DNA of 64,000 nt from NCBI GenBank assembly GCA_015680685.1, contig MNCI01002616.1:192378-256377 (forward strand), in the 5' to 3' direction. A program made the translations under genes and the position numbers. Positions 33,805 through 47,763 of this stretch are shown piece by piece. How positions within the stretch are numbered: position 1 is the stretch's first letter; each line of letters begins with the position of its first letter. Source of the DNA: Gnetum montanum. Its lineage: Eukaryota; Plantae; Gnetophyta. The notes beneath the pieces are model-generated. The model did not search any database. It saw only the letters and a list, made by a program, of their open reading frames with translations, and had not been told where the DNA came from.

Positions 33805-35513
33805 TGTAGCAACCGAAAACATCGATGGCTGTAAGAACGCCAAGGTCGGCGGACACAATAGCTCCAACCCCGTGCCCATGGGAGAGCGGTGTTGGGTGTG
33901 TCTGAACATGGGGTGCCCTGAATAGTTTGGTCGATCAGACAGGGACTTACATCAATGTCGATATAGCCTTTTGCAATATAAACTATACAAGCTACGAGAT
34001 GGTGCTTATGGGTAATTACAACGAGAAAAAGAAAGGGACTAAAAAAATGCAACAATAATGCGAAATAGTGAATAAACGTAAATGCGATAATGATATGAGA
34101 CGATGCTTGAAGGTAAACAAAATAGAAATAATACAAGGAAGTTAGATACTAAAAAAGAGGCAACAGAAGATATAGTTAGGAACATGCACCACTTCAGAGC
34201 TACAAATCTATCTGGTCAAGGCGTGGCACAATCGGTTGCATGACGTGACAGAGTGTAGAAAGTTCCGAGAGTGACCAAAGTGTACTGGGAAATAGGAATA
34301 GCTGTGCACTTGGGCACAAACTTCACATGTATACAACATAGGTGTGATCCTACCAAGGTGGTAGAATGAGACCCTAGACTTTACGCTAGCCAATAGAAGT
34401 TCCTTTTACAGATTGTTGGCCTCTCCTTTTCTTTCCCCTATTGTGAGATTGCAAGTATTTCTCTTTGTTTGTTTCAGTTTAGGAGACTTCCCTTTTCTCT
34501 TTCTTTTTTTTTCGTAGACCCTTTTTGTGCTATTTGATAGGCTATTTATAGGGCTGAAGGTAAGCAAAGATGACTGTTTGAATACTTTGTTGTTGTAGAC
34601 TTGTGCCAACTTACTAGCGTTACTCGAGTCATTTGTGACTGTTGAGCTTGCAAGACCGTTGTGATGCAAGCAATAACTACGATCCTACCACATTGTGACT
34701 GCACCACCAGCTCCTAGAGACATGTGTCAATGGTCCAATTGAGGTGGAGTGCATTGATGTCGCACGGCCACCTGCCTGTCGCGCTGTGTTTTGCAATGTG
34801 GCTTGCTTATCGTGGCATAGCACCTTGCCACGTGTCTTGCCGTACATCACATACTTGCTACATGATGCTACACTACGTAGTGTAGTGTAGCATAGCATAG
34901 CATAGCGACTGGGACAGTTTTGCTAATTTTCAGCTTATTCTGCCATAATGCAAGTTCTGTGGACTTCGCTAATTTTTCCTTTCGAACCGCCTTCTGTTCC
35001 TTTCTGCAGGATTGCTACACCTTGCTGCGCCATGTAGCTCAGCATAGCGTAGCAACAGACATGGTCCACTACTTCCTAGTGAGAAGGGACATGACTGCAG
35101 AACTCGAGATTGGATGAGGGAGGTGAGTAGTGAAGTTGTTGCTATGCTACACCATATGTCATCGCGTAGCGTAACATCTCATTTCTCCATTGTTTTCTAA
35201 GGCTTGCTATGCTACACATCATAGCGTAGCAGGCTTTGTGAATTAGAAAACTTGCTGAACTACTTCTCCTATGCACCTAGGCTACTGTCGCTGATTCTGG
35301 ACATCATTTCTGAGCAGGCTGCCGGCTATTCAGACTACTTTGGCGGGCGAGTGGGTTGGTACGGAACCCGTCCATGCCTAAAGTAGAGAATTTACGAAAC
35401 CGGCCATCCTGGACCCAGAACATTCTTTTCCCAATGGACTACTATGGTGCCATATGGTCTACAAGAGCCTGGTGAAGCCAAGATGACCCCGCATTTTCTT
35501 TTAGGATGTTTCA
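33805..35513 (-). repeat. 5' LTR of element D
   Basis: Direct repeat of 17077-18784; TATA on the minus strand at 34543-34550. Confidence 0.95.
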
Positions 35514-36065
35514 GTAGAGATTGGCAATTCTGAGAGAGGAGAGAACCTACAATCCTTGGGCGCTCAGTACACTTGACTCTTGGCATCCAAGCACTTCTCA
35601 CCTTCATCATCACATCATTACATCATCATGTAATATCATCCCAGAGCTAGGCGTTTGACTTGCCATCCACACGTGTGCAACTACGCTTTGGCCGGTGCAC
35701 ATTTATTTTAAAAAAATATAATAAAGTTTCATTATTGCCTCTCATTTACATTATTTACTTTGGTTTATGCTTTGTTTACAATATATCTCTATTTACGCTT
35801 TATTTATAATTCAGTATGCTCTGTTTACATTTCGTATCACTATTTGCATTCTGTTTACATCCCATTTATGATAACCCCAGTGATAGCCATAGCTTACGCT
35901 CAGGGAAGTCCTTGGTTGATTTGTGTGCAAACCATCCAAGGCACCCTACCTTCGTTTACTTTTCTAGCTTACCCTTGGGCGAAGGCAGGGTCAGCTGTGG
36001 CTGCTCAACGATCTCTCGGTGTCTGTTTCCATTCCAGCCTTACACTGACAATTTAGGTTAGTATA
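35514..36065 (+). repeat. 3' LTR of element C, right part
   Basis: Matches 9345-9895; ends GTTAGTATA (CA>TA) followed by TSD GGTAC. Confidence 0.92.
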
Positions 36066-36932
36066 GGTACCACATTACTCTAGTGTGCTTGGTTGGACTC
36101 ACCAAGTCGATCAAGAGTGCATATTCTTATTACCTTGCTATAGCCCACTTGCATTTACCCCTTTACCTTACATTTTCCTACATTTCCTACAAGCTTCTTT
36201 GATGCATATGGGACCCTTCTTTTAGTCGAATGTAGAACCCATGATGGACGTAATGCAACTCATCCCATGTGGAGCCTCTATGGGATAGTCAAAGCTTAAG
36301 AAAATGTAATGCAACTCATCCCAGAGAGAAAACACCTATGGTACAGAGGCAACATAATTACCTCTAAGAAAAAGCTGTTGAGTAGCATATAATCCACTTG
36401 ATTAAAAGCATCTTGCAACTAGCATTTTGCAAAGAAAAAAAATTCAAAAACTCAAAGAAAAAAAAGAGAAGCAAAAGTGGGGTAAAACATATCCCCAAGA
36501 AAGATCTAGCTAAGCTGTAATTTTGCAACTGGTCCAACCATGAATTTGCAATGGCCTTCTCATAAGCACTTTGATGAGGGCCCAACATGTCAGTGGTAAG
36601 CCAGTCTGGTACTATGGATGATGGCTCTCTCACAAGCACTCTAATGAGAGGCCATCGTTTCAACAACGAGCCACCCTAGTGTTGTGATCATAGTTAGCCA
36701 TGTTGACTTTGCATCTTGTAGTACAATATATCATTTGCATCTCATTTCTCTATTGCTATCCACAAGCCAATTCCCTACATCCATTACCCACAACATACCA
36801 TTTTCTTTAGCACTCCTGAGCCTAGCAAAGCATCATCCAATTAGATATTGATGAGCGATGTTGGTGTCATATCTATTATGGTATTTAGGGTTCTTTGTTA
36901 ACGTCTCTTGGGCCACTCCTCCAAATGTCAAT

Positions 36933-36945
36933 AAAGAGGAGCCAG
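36933..36945 (+). promoter_or_regulatory. PPT, element B
   Basis: AAAGAGGAGCCAG followed by TGAAACACC. Confidence 0.82.
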
Positions 36946-38620
36946 TGAAACACCACCAAATTCAGGGAACAACATTGCAATAGCAAATTTATCTAAGTGA
37001 TTGGTCCATGATCCCACTATTGGGGTTATGCTCTAGAGCGTAGCTAGTGTAGCATGCAACACGACCAAATTTGCAAAATTTTCTAAGTGCCAAATAGCAA
37101 CTATAGAAATTTTTCTAACTACCTTGTTATGCTCACATCCCTCTTGCTATGCTCTCTAGCATAGCAGCACTATAATGACTAATTTGCATGTGCCAAGATA
37201 GAAGTTGTCAAGCTAGCTCTGCATGGAAGAGGCATTTGGCAGATCTTCTAACTCTTGAAGCTACCCTTTCTGCTATGATCTCGAGCATAGCTAGCATAGC
37301 AAGAACAAGGACTACAATTTTTTATAGATTTTTCAAGTATCTATGCTACACTCTATTCCATCCTACTACACTCTCTATCATAGTAAGTGTAGTAGCACTA
37401 GACTTCAATTTTTGCAAGAATTGCCTAACTATTATGCTACGCTCCTGAGTGTAGCTAGCATAGCAACAAGAAACTACCTTCAAAATCTTCTCTTGCCTAG
37501 CATAGGCCTTCATTCTAACTCTATCACTCCTCTAGAAAGTTGAATCAACAAATAGCACTCTTTTTGTACCTCCCCCTATGTCTCAAAATTGTACATATGC
37601 TCAATCCCCTTTGAAAGAGGGAAGAATGTAGTCCTAGAGTGTAGCCTCTAAATTGCACTATTTTGCACTATTTGCAGGTACATTGTGGCCTTGGCACATG
37701 TATTCTTAGTAGCATAGCTAGTTTGGTAGTCTCCCAATGTCTAATGAACCATATCAAGGCATAGCACTAGTTGTTTCACTAGGAGCATAGCAAAGGTTAG
37801 TATAGCCCCACCTACCCCTTTGCCACATGGCACTTAATCTACACTTCATGCTAACCTTAAGCCTATAAATACACCTTCATTTCATACTTTAGGGGTCAAC
37901 ATTTCATTCTAGTAGTGGCCAGTAGCATCTTAGAGCACCATTTGGCACCTAAAGCACCTTGAGCACCCTGTAGACTGGAGCATATCAGCATCTTCGCAAC
38001 ACCTTTGCATACCACTTAGCACTACAGTAGACCACAAGCTTGCAGGACACCATGGTAGCCAACCAGTAGGCATGGATCTCGTAGTGGATGTTAGTATTTA
38101 CCCTAAGACAACTCAAAGACTTTGGCAATGCTACTAATACACCTATCTGTACCATTGTGTACCTTAATAAAGCTCATTTGTAATGCTACACTTCCCATCC
38201 AAGGTGGTATCATCCTTTCTTTCTCCTAAACTTATTTGCATTTTAAGCATTTTCTCCATTGCATTTTAAGCATTTTCTTTAACATCATCATCTCATTCAC
38301 ACCTTTTCATTATTTCACATACTTTTTACACACTTGCACTACTATTCTCATGTTGTGAGACCCCGCTACGCTCAAGCTAAGTTGGCCTCAATATTGCTGA
38401 GAACACCATTAACGCTTGCAATTTTGACTGACCACGCCACACCCACCACCGCTTATGCTTGATACCTCAATTGTAGTTAATAAAGTTCCTATTCAATTGA
38501 CAAGATCATCTAGGGTTCTTTCCCTACAATTTCCAACAAGGCCCTTGTGCAAATGTTGGTTTAGATTGTACATCCATGAACCCCTCAATGTTCTAGCTGC
38601 CAATGTTTTCTGTCATCACA
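36946..38620 (+). repeat. 3' LTR of element B (~1.67 kb)
   Basis: TGAAACACC start, TATAAATA at 37864-37871, end AATGTTTTCTGTCATCACA; gag sequence of another element follows directly with no PBS. Confidence 0.8.
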
Positions 38621-40390
38621 ACTATCATTAAAACCATCAAAGATGTTACACCATCTTTTGAAATAGATTTTTGAAGCTTTCTAAAATAATCATGATAGGT
38701 TTTATGAAATAATAAAGGATCCCACTTGGACAACAAAAGATTACCTATAACTGTCCAAGTACTTCAAGTTAGACTAATTTTGTGATTCTCACTAATTGCT
38801 TGGTCATGACATAGAATTCTACCTTATGCTGAAGGATGACTTGTAGAAAATGATAGATAGGGAAGAGTTGATTCTAGATGTATCCATCCTTTTCCAAACT
38901 TAAAACCAATTAATGTAGGTTTACAAAGACCCATTGAACACTAACAACATTGGATATATCATATTGGCATTCAATGTGGATGAGAATCGGAGATCCATAA
39001 GAGAGTCATTAATGATCCAAGTATCCCCTCATGATGAAAGGAATTCTCCAAATTCCACCAACTCAAGATCCTCCTTTTTCATGAGAGTACCATCATGAGT
39101 GCCTCTAAGGGAACCTTTTGTCATTAGGATGCTCTAGCACACTGTAACCCAACTAGCCATAGCCCAACCAACTAATATACCGATCTAACAACCTCCCATG
39201 GTGGCCAATGCTATAGCATCTTCCTCATAACCAACAAATGACAACCAAAAGGCTCCAACTAAGTAGAGGAAGAATCACAAAAAAAGACATAATGACAAGG
39301 GTGATAACTAGATTAAGGCATGAAAGGAATTTTGTCCACCAAATCCCACTCCCATATCAACTATACCCATGACATCCTCTACCCAACCAACTTCAACTAA
39401 CAAACCATGGAAGGGCATAAAAATCCATAGCCAGAAGAATGAGAAGAATTCTCATCAACAACAACCTAAGGTCAAGGTTCACATTTTTGGATGCATGGAG
39501 GAAGTGAAGCATAATCATGGTGACAAGTCCATGGCCAATGACAAAATATTCCTCGATACAATGTATCAAGTTAGATAGTCCCTCAAGAAAAAAAATACAA
39601 CTCTAAGCTTGTATGACTTGATCATGACTTCTGTCATGCATTGTGAGATGTTAGTCAGAATGATAACTTTCATCCCCATTAATGAGGACATCCCTACTAA
39701 TGAGGAATCTATCCATGCAATGATGGTTCCTCCATTACCAAAGGAGGAGACATCAACATCCCTAGTATTTTGTAATAGAGAAATCAAGGCCAATCCCCAA
39801 AATGGCAAGGTAACTAGTGCTTCTTTGTTCATAACTATACACATAGGATAGTTTAAGATGCATCAAGTACATGTAGATGATGGGGTTGTAAGAAATGTTA
39901 TCCAATGCACCATCATTAAGTGATTAGGACTAATAGAGTAGATACAATCCATGCCAATGGCAACTCTCAAGTGATTCAATAGATCAAGGGTTGCTATCAA
40001 GGGGTCTATGTCCTTGGATTTTGTGGCAATGGACCAATTCCCCATGACCAAATCTTTCTTAGTGATGGAAGAGACTCTAGGACTTAATCTTATTCTAGGA
40101 AGGCCTTGGCTAGCTTAATTATGAGCCATATCCTCATCCATACATAAAGAGGTTCAGCTTCCTTATTAGGGAGGTGAAATCATCATTCACAGTGACAACA
40201 CAATGCCCCTAGCCATTAACAATGTGGACATACAATAGGGGTCTAAAGTAGAGCTTCCCAAAGAAGTTCCTAGTCACAAAATCCAACAACTCAAGGGAGA
40301 GCAGAAAGCCAAGAATGACAATGATGGGTAGCATACACATTCTGGATGAACTTCCTTTTAACCTCATTAGCGAAGATGATGGTGAATAAA
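38621..40390 (+). pseudogene. gag: gag C-terminus and protease of element E
   Basis: HDRFYEIIKDPT, SLYDLIMTS...DIPTNEESI, VHVDDGVVRNV, NLILGRPWL. Confidence 0.8.
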
Positions 40391-40764
40391 AACTTATGTA
40401 GAATACATCTTACTCATTTCCTAATCTTTTAAAGATTAGGAAGAGTTTACACAAGTGAAGTGCATCCTAACCCTTCTACCCCATGCCCTTATAACCATAT
40501 GACTGATAATCATAGAGCCTAACATTTCTTTTTCAACTTGTTATGCCTTTTTTATATACTTTATTTTACTCTTTGTGCATATAGCCTAAGTTTCTAGTTT
40601 CATTTACATTTTTACTTATTTATTACAATATTTTTTTTTTACTTTTATGCATGTTGTAGGCATCAAAAACATTAACAAAATTTTAAAACTACAAAAAGCC
40701 ATACAAATTTTGAGAATAGAAAATTATCAAAAATATATAAATTTCCTTTTATGGTAGGTCTCAC

Positions 40765-41000
40765 CATTACCTAAAACTAGCAAACCTATGGCCTATTGAA
40801 GTATTAAACTAGCATCACGGCCTACCAAGGCCTTAAATTGGCACTATAGTCTACTAAGACTTTAAACTGACGTCGTAATCCTCTAAGACTCTAAAATAGC
40901 ATTGCGGCTTACCACAACCTTAAAATAGTGATAAATCTATGGCCTACCATGGCTTAAAACTGGCAAGTAACCCTAATCCTATGGCCATTCATAGTTTAAA
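40765..41000 (+). repeat. Hairpin + TAAAACTRGCA array after protease, element E
   Basis: GGCCTACCAAGGCCTTAAATTGGCA, AGTCTACTAAGACTTTAAACTGA, GGCCTACCATGGCTTAAAACTGGCA. Confidence 0.75.
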
Positions 41001-41289
41001 TTTTTTCAACATAGCCAACATAGCCATTCTCCACATAATTATTTTCAACATTTAACCTTAAAACCTTAAAGCAACAAAGCCATAAACAACATATATAGCC
41101 AAAACTCAAGCTGAAAATTAAAAAATTTTAAAGTGATATAGCCATGGACACACTATGTGGCATAAATATTAAGACAATAAACCAAAAATGTTAAAATGTC
41201 TAGAACTCAAGTATTGGCCAATATGGGTCATACAACATCCAAACATAAACTAAAAGAAAACATCAACAATGACTATCACATCAAGCATT

Positions 41290-44200
41290 AGGTGGTGCCA
41301 AGGGGACATCCAGAGGGGGAGGAGATGGTGCATCATCATCATTGCCTACACCATTGGAACCTCCAATATCATATGGTGCCTATGACATAACAACACCAAC
41401 CAATCAGTAACTAGCATAACTAAAACCATGACATAAAATCAGGTAAGACAAAAATTTAAAATATAAAACATAAATGTCATTAAACCTATGGGAAATCTAG
41501 CTCTACAAACTCTTTAGCAAGAAAGTGAAGGTTAGTCTCCAAATTTTTGAGAAACTAGTCTTCTATCATGTTTTCCTAGTTAATGTTTTAAAAATTAATG
41601 TCCATGTAGATGTTGGTCCTATCTACATGTATCCATGATGGAGGCTCCCATGAGACTATAGCTATAGACACCTCATCCATAGTTGTAGTAATATATGGGG
41701 TAGGATAATTAACTACTATTAGAGTTCTTTTAAAGAGGTTGAAAACACTCTCATCCTAGATGCCTTGGATAAATAGATCTCTCTTCTATTGTTTAATTAT
41801 CTTCCTCTTTATCCAGTTTAGGTATCCCTCTCAATCAACCTTATACTTATGCTTGTGATTCTTTTGTTTCTTACCCCACTCTAGGATCCAAGCACTATAA
41901 TCCTTCCAATCATGGGTCTTTTAGAAGATCAAGTCCATCAATATCTACTTCTCATGAAACTCCTTAGAGAGGGAAACCTTGTCATGGATAGCATGCTAGT
42001 AGTAGGCCCACGTGATCTCCTTACTCTTAAAGATCCCTAAGTTATTCACTTGTGCTTTTGCAAAGGCCCTATGATCCTTTAGATCTTGGATCTTCTTGGC
42101 TTACTTTTTATTATCCTTCTTCAAGGCCATAACCTATTTCTATAGAGATTCATTGGACATCTAAATCTCCTATGAAGCTTTTGTGCATGACACTACTAGA
42201 TCAATGGTAGGTTCATACAACTTCAAGGGAACATGTGGGATGTTAGGAGGAAGGTTAGGTAAAGAGTCAAACTCCATGTCTTTGGATAGGTTCCACATAA
42301 CTAATGGCACTAAAAACAACAAAAATATAACCATAAACATGATGTACAACCTAAGGTAGCCATAGCATAAAAATATAACTCATAGCAATATAACTAAGGC
42401 ATAGAAAAACATAGTTCTTACCAATCTCCGGTGTAACCTATTGTAACTAACAAATGATTTCCTTTGCCATCTTGTGCATGAATTCCATCTTGTTTGAGAC
42501 CTCTACCCATGGTTTCATCTGAAATGTGGATGTAGAGGCCTCTACTAGTGGCTCAAGAACTACAATAAGCATAACAATTGTTAGTTAAGTAAGAAACTAC
42601 GATGTTAAAAATAAAACCATAGACAACAAAGAGTAGATAATAGGTATACCTATGTTCTTGTTCTTATTCTCATTCTCATACTCATTATCATTACAAATAT
42701 CAATTGAAGGCTTCCTAGGTAGTGACTCACCGAATAAGGTGTCAAGATCATCCATATCTTGTTGCAAGAGTGCCTCCTCTACATGCCTTTTTTCCTCCTC
42801 TACCTTAGTGGCTATGCAACTCTGCTCCTCCTCCTCAACATGTGTGTGTGCCTCCTCCACTTTCCTATGTTCTTCTTTTGCAATGGCAACTTGGGCTGCC
42901 AAGTTCCATCACTTATCTATAGCCGTAACCCATTAGACAAGTTAGCACATATAGCCATAGGACATAACTAGTCTAAAACATACTTAAAATGTACTTCTGA
43001 TTACCTGATATATGGGTGGGATCTTGAAGATAATCCATTGCTTGGAGGATGGCTCTTTTACTAGTGGTGCTTTCACTGCTAGCCATTTCAAATTAGTCTT
43101 GGTAGCCTAGTTTTCCTTTACACATAACCATTGGATCCCCTTGATGTTTTTTGGAACATAAGAGGTGCCTCCCCCATGCTATCAAGGGATTCACACCAAT
43201 TAACACCAAGGTTCTTGATGGTCATAGATAAAAAATTATCCATGTCCTTTGGTGGGTTCTGAGCCTACATTGTTCAATAAAGATGTTTTATTCAAGTCTA
43301 GAAGAGTTGTTTTGGGTCCTAGAACATCCATGATCAATTCCTCTTCACCACCAAGAATTTTTTGAACCTCTTTGGATAGCCTAAAAAAATGCATAGTGCA
43401 TGTGGACTATCATAGAAGTGTCCATGCAAAGTTTGAGGATTTTCTCTTTGAGGCCCATAGCTAAGGAAGTAGCCTAGTTGAAATGAGTCTCCTATGTCAA
43501 AACCTTCTTAAGGGTCCATCCTTATGTAATGCTAACTACCTTCTTTTACAATAACAATTTAGGGAAAGGCTAAGATCTAAAAAAATAATAGGACCACTTT
43601 GCTATCAAGGACAAGTCTGGAGTAACCTTTCTAGCACCAAACCACTCCTCAAATTTTACACAATGGCCAACCTCCTTCATTGGTTTGGTAGCAACTACTA
43701 TCCCATCAGCAGGATCATCAAATAAGTAGCAAAAGGTGGACACACTAATGGCAATGGTAATTGGCATGCTTCACACTATGATGTGGAACACATCAACTTC
43801 TGCATCAAAGGTGTCGATGAAGTTCTCCATCTTTGTAGAAGGAATGATAGGGCTAGGAACCATGAATACCTCAAGAAAACCTATACACACGATGTTTTCT
43901 TGAATGTTCTTAGGCACCTGCCTCCTCAACCACTCCTGCACTAGTCCCACCTCACTGAACGTTAGGATGAAAGTTTTCACAATACATCTGATAAGGGATA
44001 TGGTGACATCAATAGAAGTGGAAGGCCCTGTAAGTAAAAGACAAGTGGTTAGCATCAGTATAGCCTTATTTAGACTATAGAACACTTAAGACCCAAGTAG
44101 CCATAAAACCTTAGTTATAATATAGAAGGCCATTTCTTTTCTTACGTTTCTTCTTCTTGTTTAGAGAAGCTTGTGCATGGCTCTCAATAGTGATATCAAT

Positions 44201-44990
44201 ATCTCTAATGGACTTGGGAGGCACCCACCAACTATGTACTATTTTGGTAGCCACACACTTCTTGTAAACATGGTTAAATGTTAAATCTGGTGAGGTTTCC
44301 TCTTAGCTATTCAAAAATAGCATGTCTAATCTTGGGTCCTTTCATGAATTCACTCAACGTAGTGTGGGTTACTACCAATGTTTGATCATTCATAATCCAA
44401 ACTTGCTCATTAACCTTGTACTTGTAAGATGTATCTAAAATCAACAAGTTAGGAATTAGGACCAAATTAAATAAAGCCAAAACATTTAAACATATAGTAG
44501 CCATGCTTACCCCTATAATCAACACATGGTGCCTCAAGGATTCTAGAATAAGGAGTGGGCTCTTTGTGCCACCATTAAAGTATTATTCATGTTGTATCAT
44601 AAATACTCTAGCATCATCCAAATGTTTGAGAGGTACCGTGCACTAATGTTATTTGCTGGCTCTCCTACCACTCGAGTCTATGGATCATCGATTATGAACT
44701 AAGTAATCATATGTGTAGACCTAGGTAGTAGGGTCTTCACTATGATCGCAACCACCTCCTTAGACAAATGTGACCACATCATCACACTAAAATTCTAAAG
44801 AATATAGGCAAGAAAATACATTGCCCTTGGGCAGAATGATAGTGACCCCTTTTCTAGGTCCATGTTAAGAAGGGGGGTGTGGGTCATGGGTTGTTTGATA
44901 CAACATAAAATGCTAACCAGCTTGATCATGATGAGGACTAGGTTTAGTAGGACCTTGCAGTGGGAAGACATCAATACTATTAGAACCACA
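41290..44990 (-). pseudogene. Divergent antisense accessory gene of element E (NIF-like, PMD-like, coiled coil)
   Basis: LIMIKLVSILCCIKQPM...FLAYIL.NFSVMMWS and NIWMMLEY.YNMNNTLMV...NP match D exon 2; VQEWLRR...FMVPSP matches D exon 4. The 5' end was not resolved. Confidence 0.7.
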
Positions 44991-46043
44991 TTTCAACACT
45001 TAGGATTTCTTGACAAGTTTTATACATCCTACTCAGGGGTGAAATTAGCCTCCATAAAAATATCTAAGATGTTTATTCATATTTGCTTAAGAAATTCTAC
45101 AAAAAACATTATTATAATATTTCATAGCCTTTTACTCTATATCCAAAATATTATAGCCAAAACTTCATAGCCAAAATTATGCCTTAGTGCAAACCATGAT
45201 TTAACTTAGAAAAAGCATTAAGATAGGGAAAAATGGACATAGTAAAAATTTACTAAAAATAGTTAAAAACTATTTTTTCTCATAGAAACAACTTTAAAGC
45301 ATGGTGTACATTTTTAGGCATCCCCAAGGACATGGAAATTGACAAGAGAAATCTCTAAGCAAGTCAGTAACATCCATCCCCAAAGGAGTAAAGTGCTACA
45401 ACCAAAATCAAGCCTTATTGACATAAAATTAATCAAAAATTTACTAAAAATCCATCCTAGCTCCAATTTTAGTGATTCAACCATGGAAAGAATTATAAAA
45501 TCACAATATTTTCAGCTATGGTCATTACAACCAAAAACACATAACCATTTTTACACAAAACATAGCAAAACCATAGTTGTCACCCTTAACCCCCTTTCAT
45601 GCAAGGTTGGGAGAAAATTCATCAAAAATCCATTTGACTTCCAAACATAGTGATTTCACCACTATTTAGAAGCTTGAATCAAGCCCTATGTACAAACATT
45701 TAACAAAAGTTCAAACTCCTAGATTCGTATTCAGAAAAAATTCATTAATTTGAATGAAAATTTGAAAAATGGCACAAACCTCAATTACACAACCAAATTA
45801 AAATATCCATAACTTAATCATTTCAAATCCAAATCAAATGCAAACATAGCCATTAAAAAGCTTAAATGTATCATTAAAAACCCATAACTTTAAATTTTTA
45901 AAATATTGAGCCATTTACTTAATAAAAAATACATAACATTACCTTCTTTTTGTATCAAAAAAGCATCAAAAAGCATAAGACCTATGAAACCTAACTTGTT
46001 TTAGGCATATATTACAACCAAAATGGTCAAACCAACCTTTACT

Positions 46044-47750
46044 TGTAGTGACCGAAAACATCGATGGCTGGAAAGCACTGAGAGGTTGTCGATCATTGAC
46101 AGTCTTAACCCCATTTCCACGGGAGGGCCATGCTATAGATAGAATCGAAATGGGGTGCCCTGAACAGTCTGGTCGATCAGACAGGGACTTAGTCGGTGTT
46201 AATATAACCTTTTGCAACGTGTGATTTGAAAATGAGGCTGATAGCATGAAGTAATGCTTGAATGTAAAAAAGGCAAAAAATAGTGTAAAATGTAATAATA
46301 AATAGGAGACAAAGTAAAATGTAGTTAGAAAAATGCACCTCTTCGAAGCAACAACTTCACTCTATTAAGATGGATACAATCGATTGCACAACACTGAGAA
46401 GTGTAGAGGTCTCAAGAGTGATTAAGATGTGTAAAGCAAGATGGTTGTGTGCTTGAATGCGGACTCAAGTGCTAACAATGTGAAGTGCCACTAAGGTGGT
46501 AGAAAAGAGTAGAACAAAATTCCAACTGAGAATGCTAACTATTTACAATGTCAAACAGAAAGCTTACAATGCCCAAGGTAGCAATGCTAACTTTTTTTTT
46601 TCTTGTTAGCCAACAAAATTCTTAGCCGACCAAATTGCTAGAACTAGACCAAATTGCCAAAAATAAGAAGAAGCCGACCCATCGAGCGTTGCTCATTGGG
46701 GTATTTATAGGACCAAGGGCACACGAAAGATGTGGTTTGGATGTCACATGCCCTGGGTTTGCGTTGACCTATCTATGCTGCACATGCCTGCATGACCGTT
46801 GGGTGAGTCTGCCATGCCGTAATTACAAGCCTGCCACATTGTAATTGCACTGTTAAAGCAACGATGCAGTTAGGTGAAGTGCATTGATGTAGCGTAACTG
46901 CTTGTCATGCTCTGCTATGCTTTGTAGCATAGCATGTTTCTCATGGCGTAGCATCTTGTTACGTTATGCTACGCTATGTAGCATAGCGTAGTGTAGCGTA
47001 GCTACCAATTCAAAACAAGGATTTGCATTGTGTCCTATTGCATGCATTGGAAGCATTTGAAGCGCATTGTCTGTTTATTGCGTATTTGCTAGGCTATGCT
47101 ACACTATGTAGTGTATCATAGCGTAGCAGCTGTCCTTAGTCGCAAAAAATGTCACTAGTCTACAAACTTTTCCTTTTGCATGTGAAGCTTGAGAACTTGC
47201 TGATCTGGCCCTTTGAGATGCCTTTTGTCACCTTCGTAGAATTGCTACACCTCATTGCACCATGTAGCTTAGCGTAGCATAGCAGCCAACATGGCCTGTT
47301 TCTGGCCAAGTTCATTGCTTTCTGCAAGGGAACATTGCTGAAGGACTTGAGTTGCGCGAGGGGACTAATCATCTAGCTTCTGCTACATTGTGCTACGTTG
47401 TGTAGCATGGATCTATGCTTCTGGAAACATCTACTGGAGTTTGCTATACTATATAGCGTATCGTAGCATAGCAAAACTCCTTGACTTAGAAAACTTGTTG
47501 AGGCGTTTTGTGCTTTCTGAGCGTTACCAACAATTCCATGCACCGCTCCTAAGTGCGCTGTCAGCTAGATGAACTACCTAGGTGGGCAAGCTAGAGAATC
47601 TGTTTAGCCTGTTGACACCTAGGGTAGAAAACTTGCTAAACTGGACAGCCTAAACATTAGAGCATCCATCTCCTGAAGAACTACTGTAACACTGCGCAAA
47701 TTGTGAAGACTTGGTGAAGCAAGTGTGCCTTCAAATTTTGGGGTGTTTCA
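46044..47750 (-). repeat. 3' LTR of element F
   Basis: TGTAGTGACC...GTGTTTCA; direct repeat of 62695-64000. Confidence 0.92.
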
Positions 47751-47763
47751 TTGGTCCCTCTTT
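47751..47763 (-). promoter_or_regulatory. PPT, element F
   Basis: TTGGTCCCTCTTT = AAAGAGGGACCAA on the minus strand. Confidence 0.85.

Larger units (their letters stand above)
17077..35513 (-). mobile_element. Element D: full-length 18.4-kb Tat/Ogre-like LTR retrotransposon with an antisense accessory gene
   Basis: Two ~1.71-kb LTRs with TG...CA ends, TSD TTAGA/GTAGA (4/5), PBS, PPT, gag-pro and pol. Confidence 0.95.
8295..36065 (+). mobile_element. Element C: non-autonomous gag-protease-only LTR element (~9.3 kb net of D)
   Basis: TSD GGTAC at 8290-8294 and 36066-36070; paired LTRs; PBS; PPT; no RT, RH or INT motifs between protease and PPT. Confidence 0.92.
3572..38620 (+). mobile_element. 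Element B: pol, 3' UTR and 3' LTR of a Tat/Ogre-like element, interrupted by C at 8295-36065; 5' half lies outside the window
   Basis: pol 3607-7074. The 3' UTR is split by C with a GGTAC target-site duplication and resumes at 36071. PPT 36933-36945, LTR 36946-38620. Confidence 0.8.
38621..46043 (+). mobile_element. Element E: internal fragment (gag C-terminus, protease, antisense gene) of an older related element, host of B and F
   Basis: Heavily decayed homology to C/D gag-pro, followed by a minus-strand homolog of the D antisense gene. Confidence 0.8.

Noticed and set aside
36946-46043. LTR at 36946 as the 5' LTR of element E
   Set aside because: It is preceded by a PPT and followed directly by mid-gag sequence with no PBS, so it is the 3' LTR of B inserted in E.
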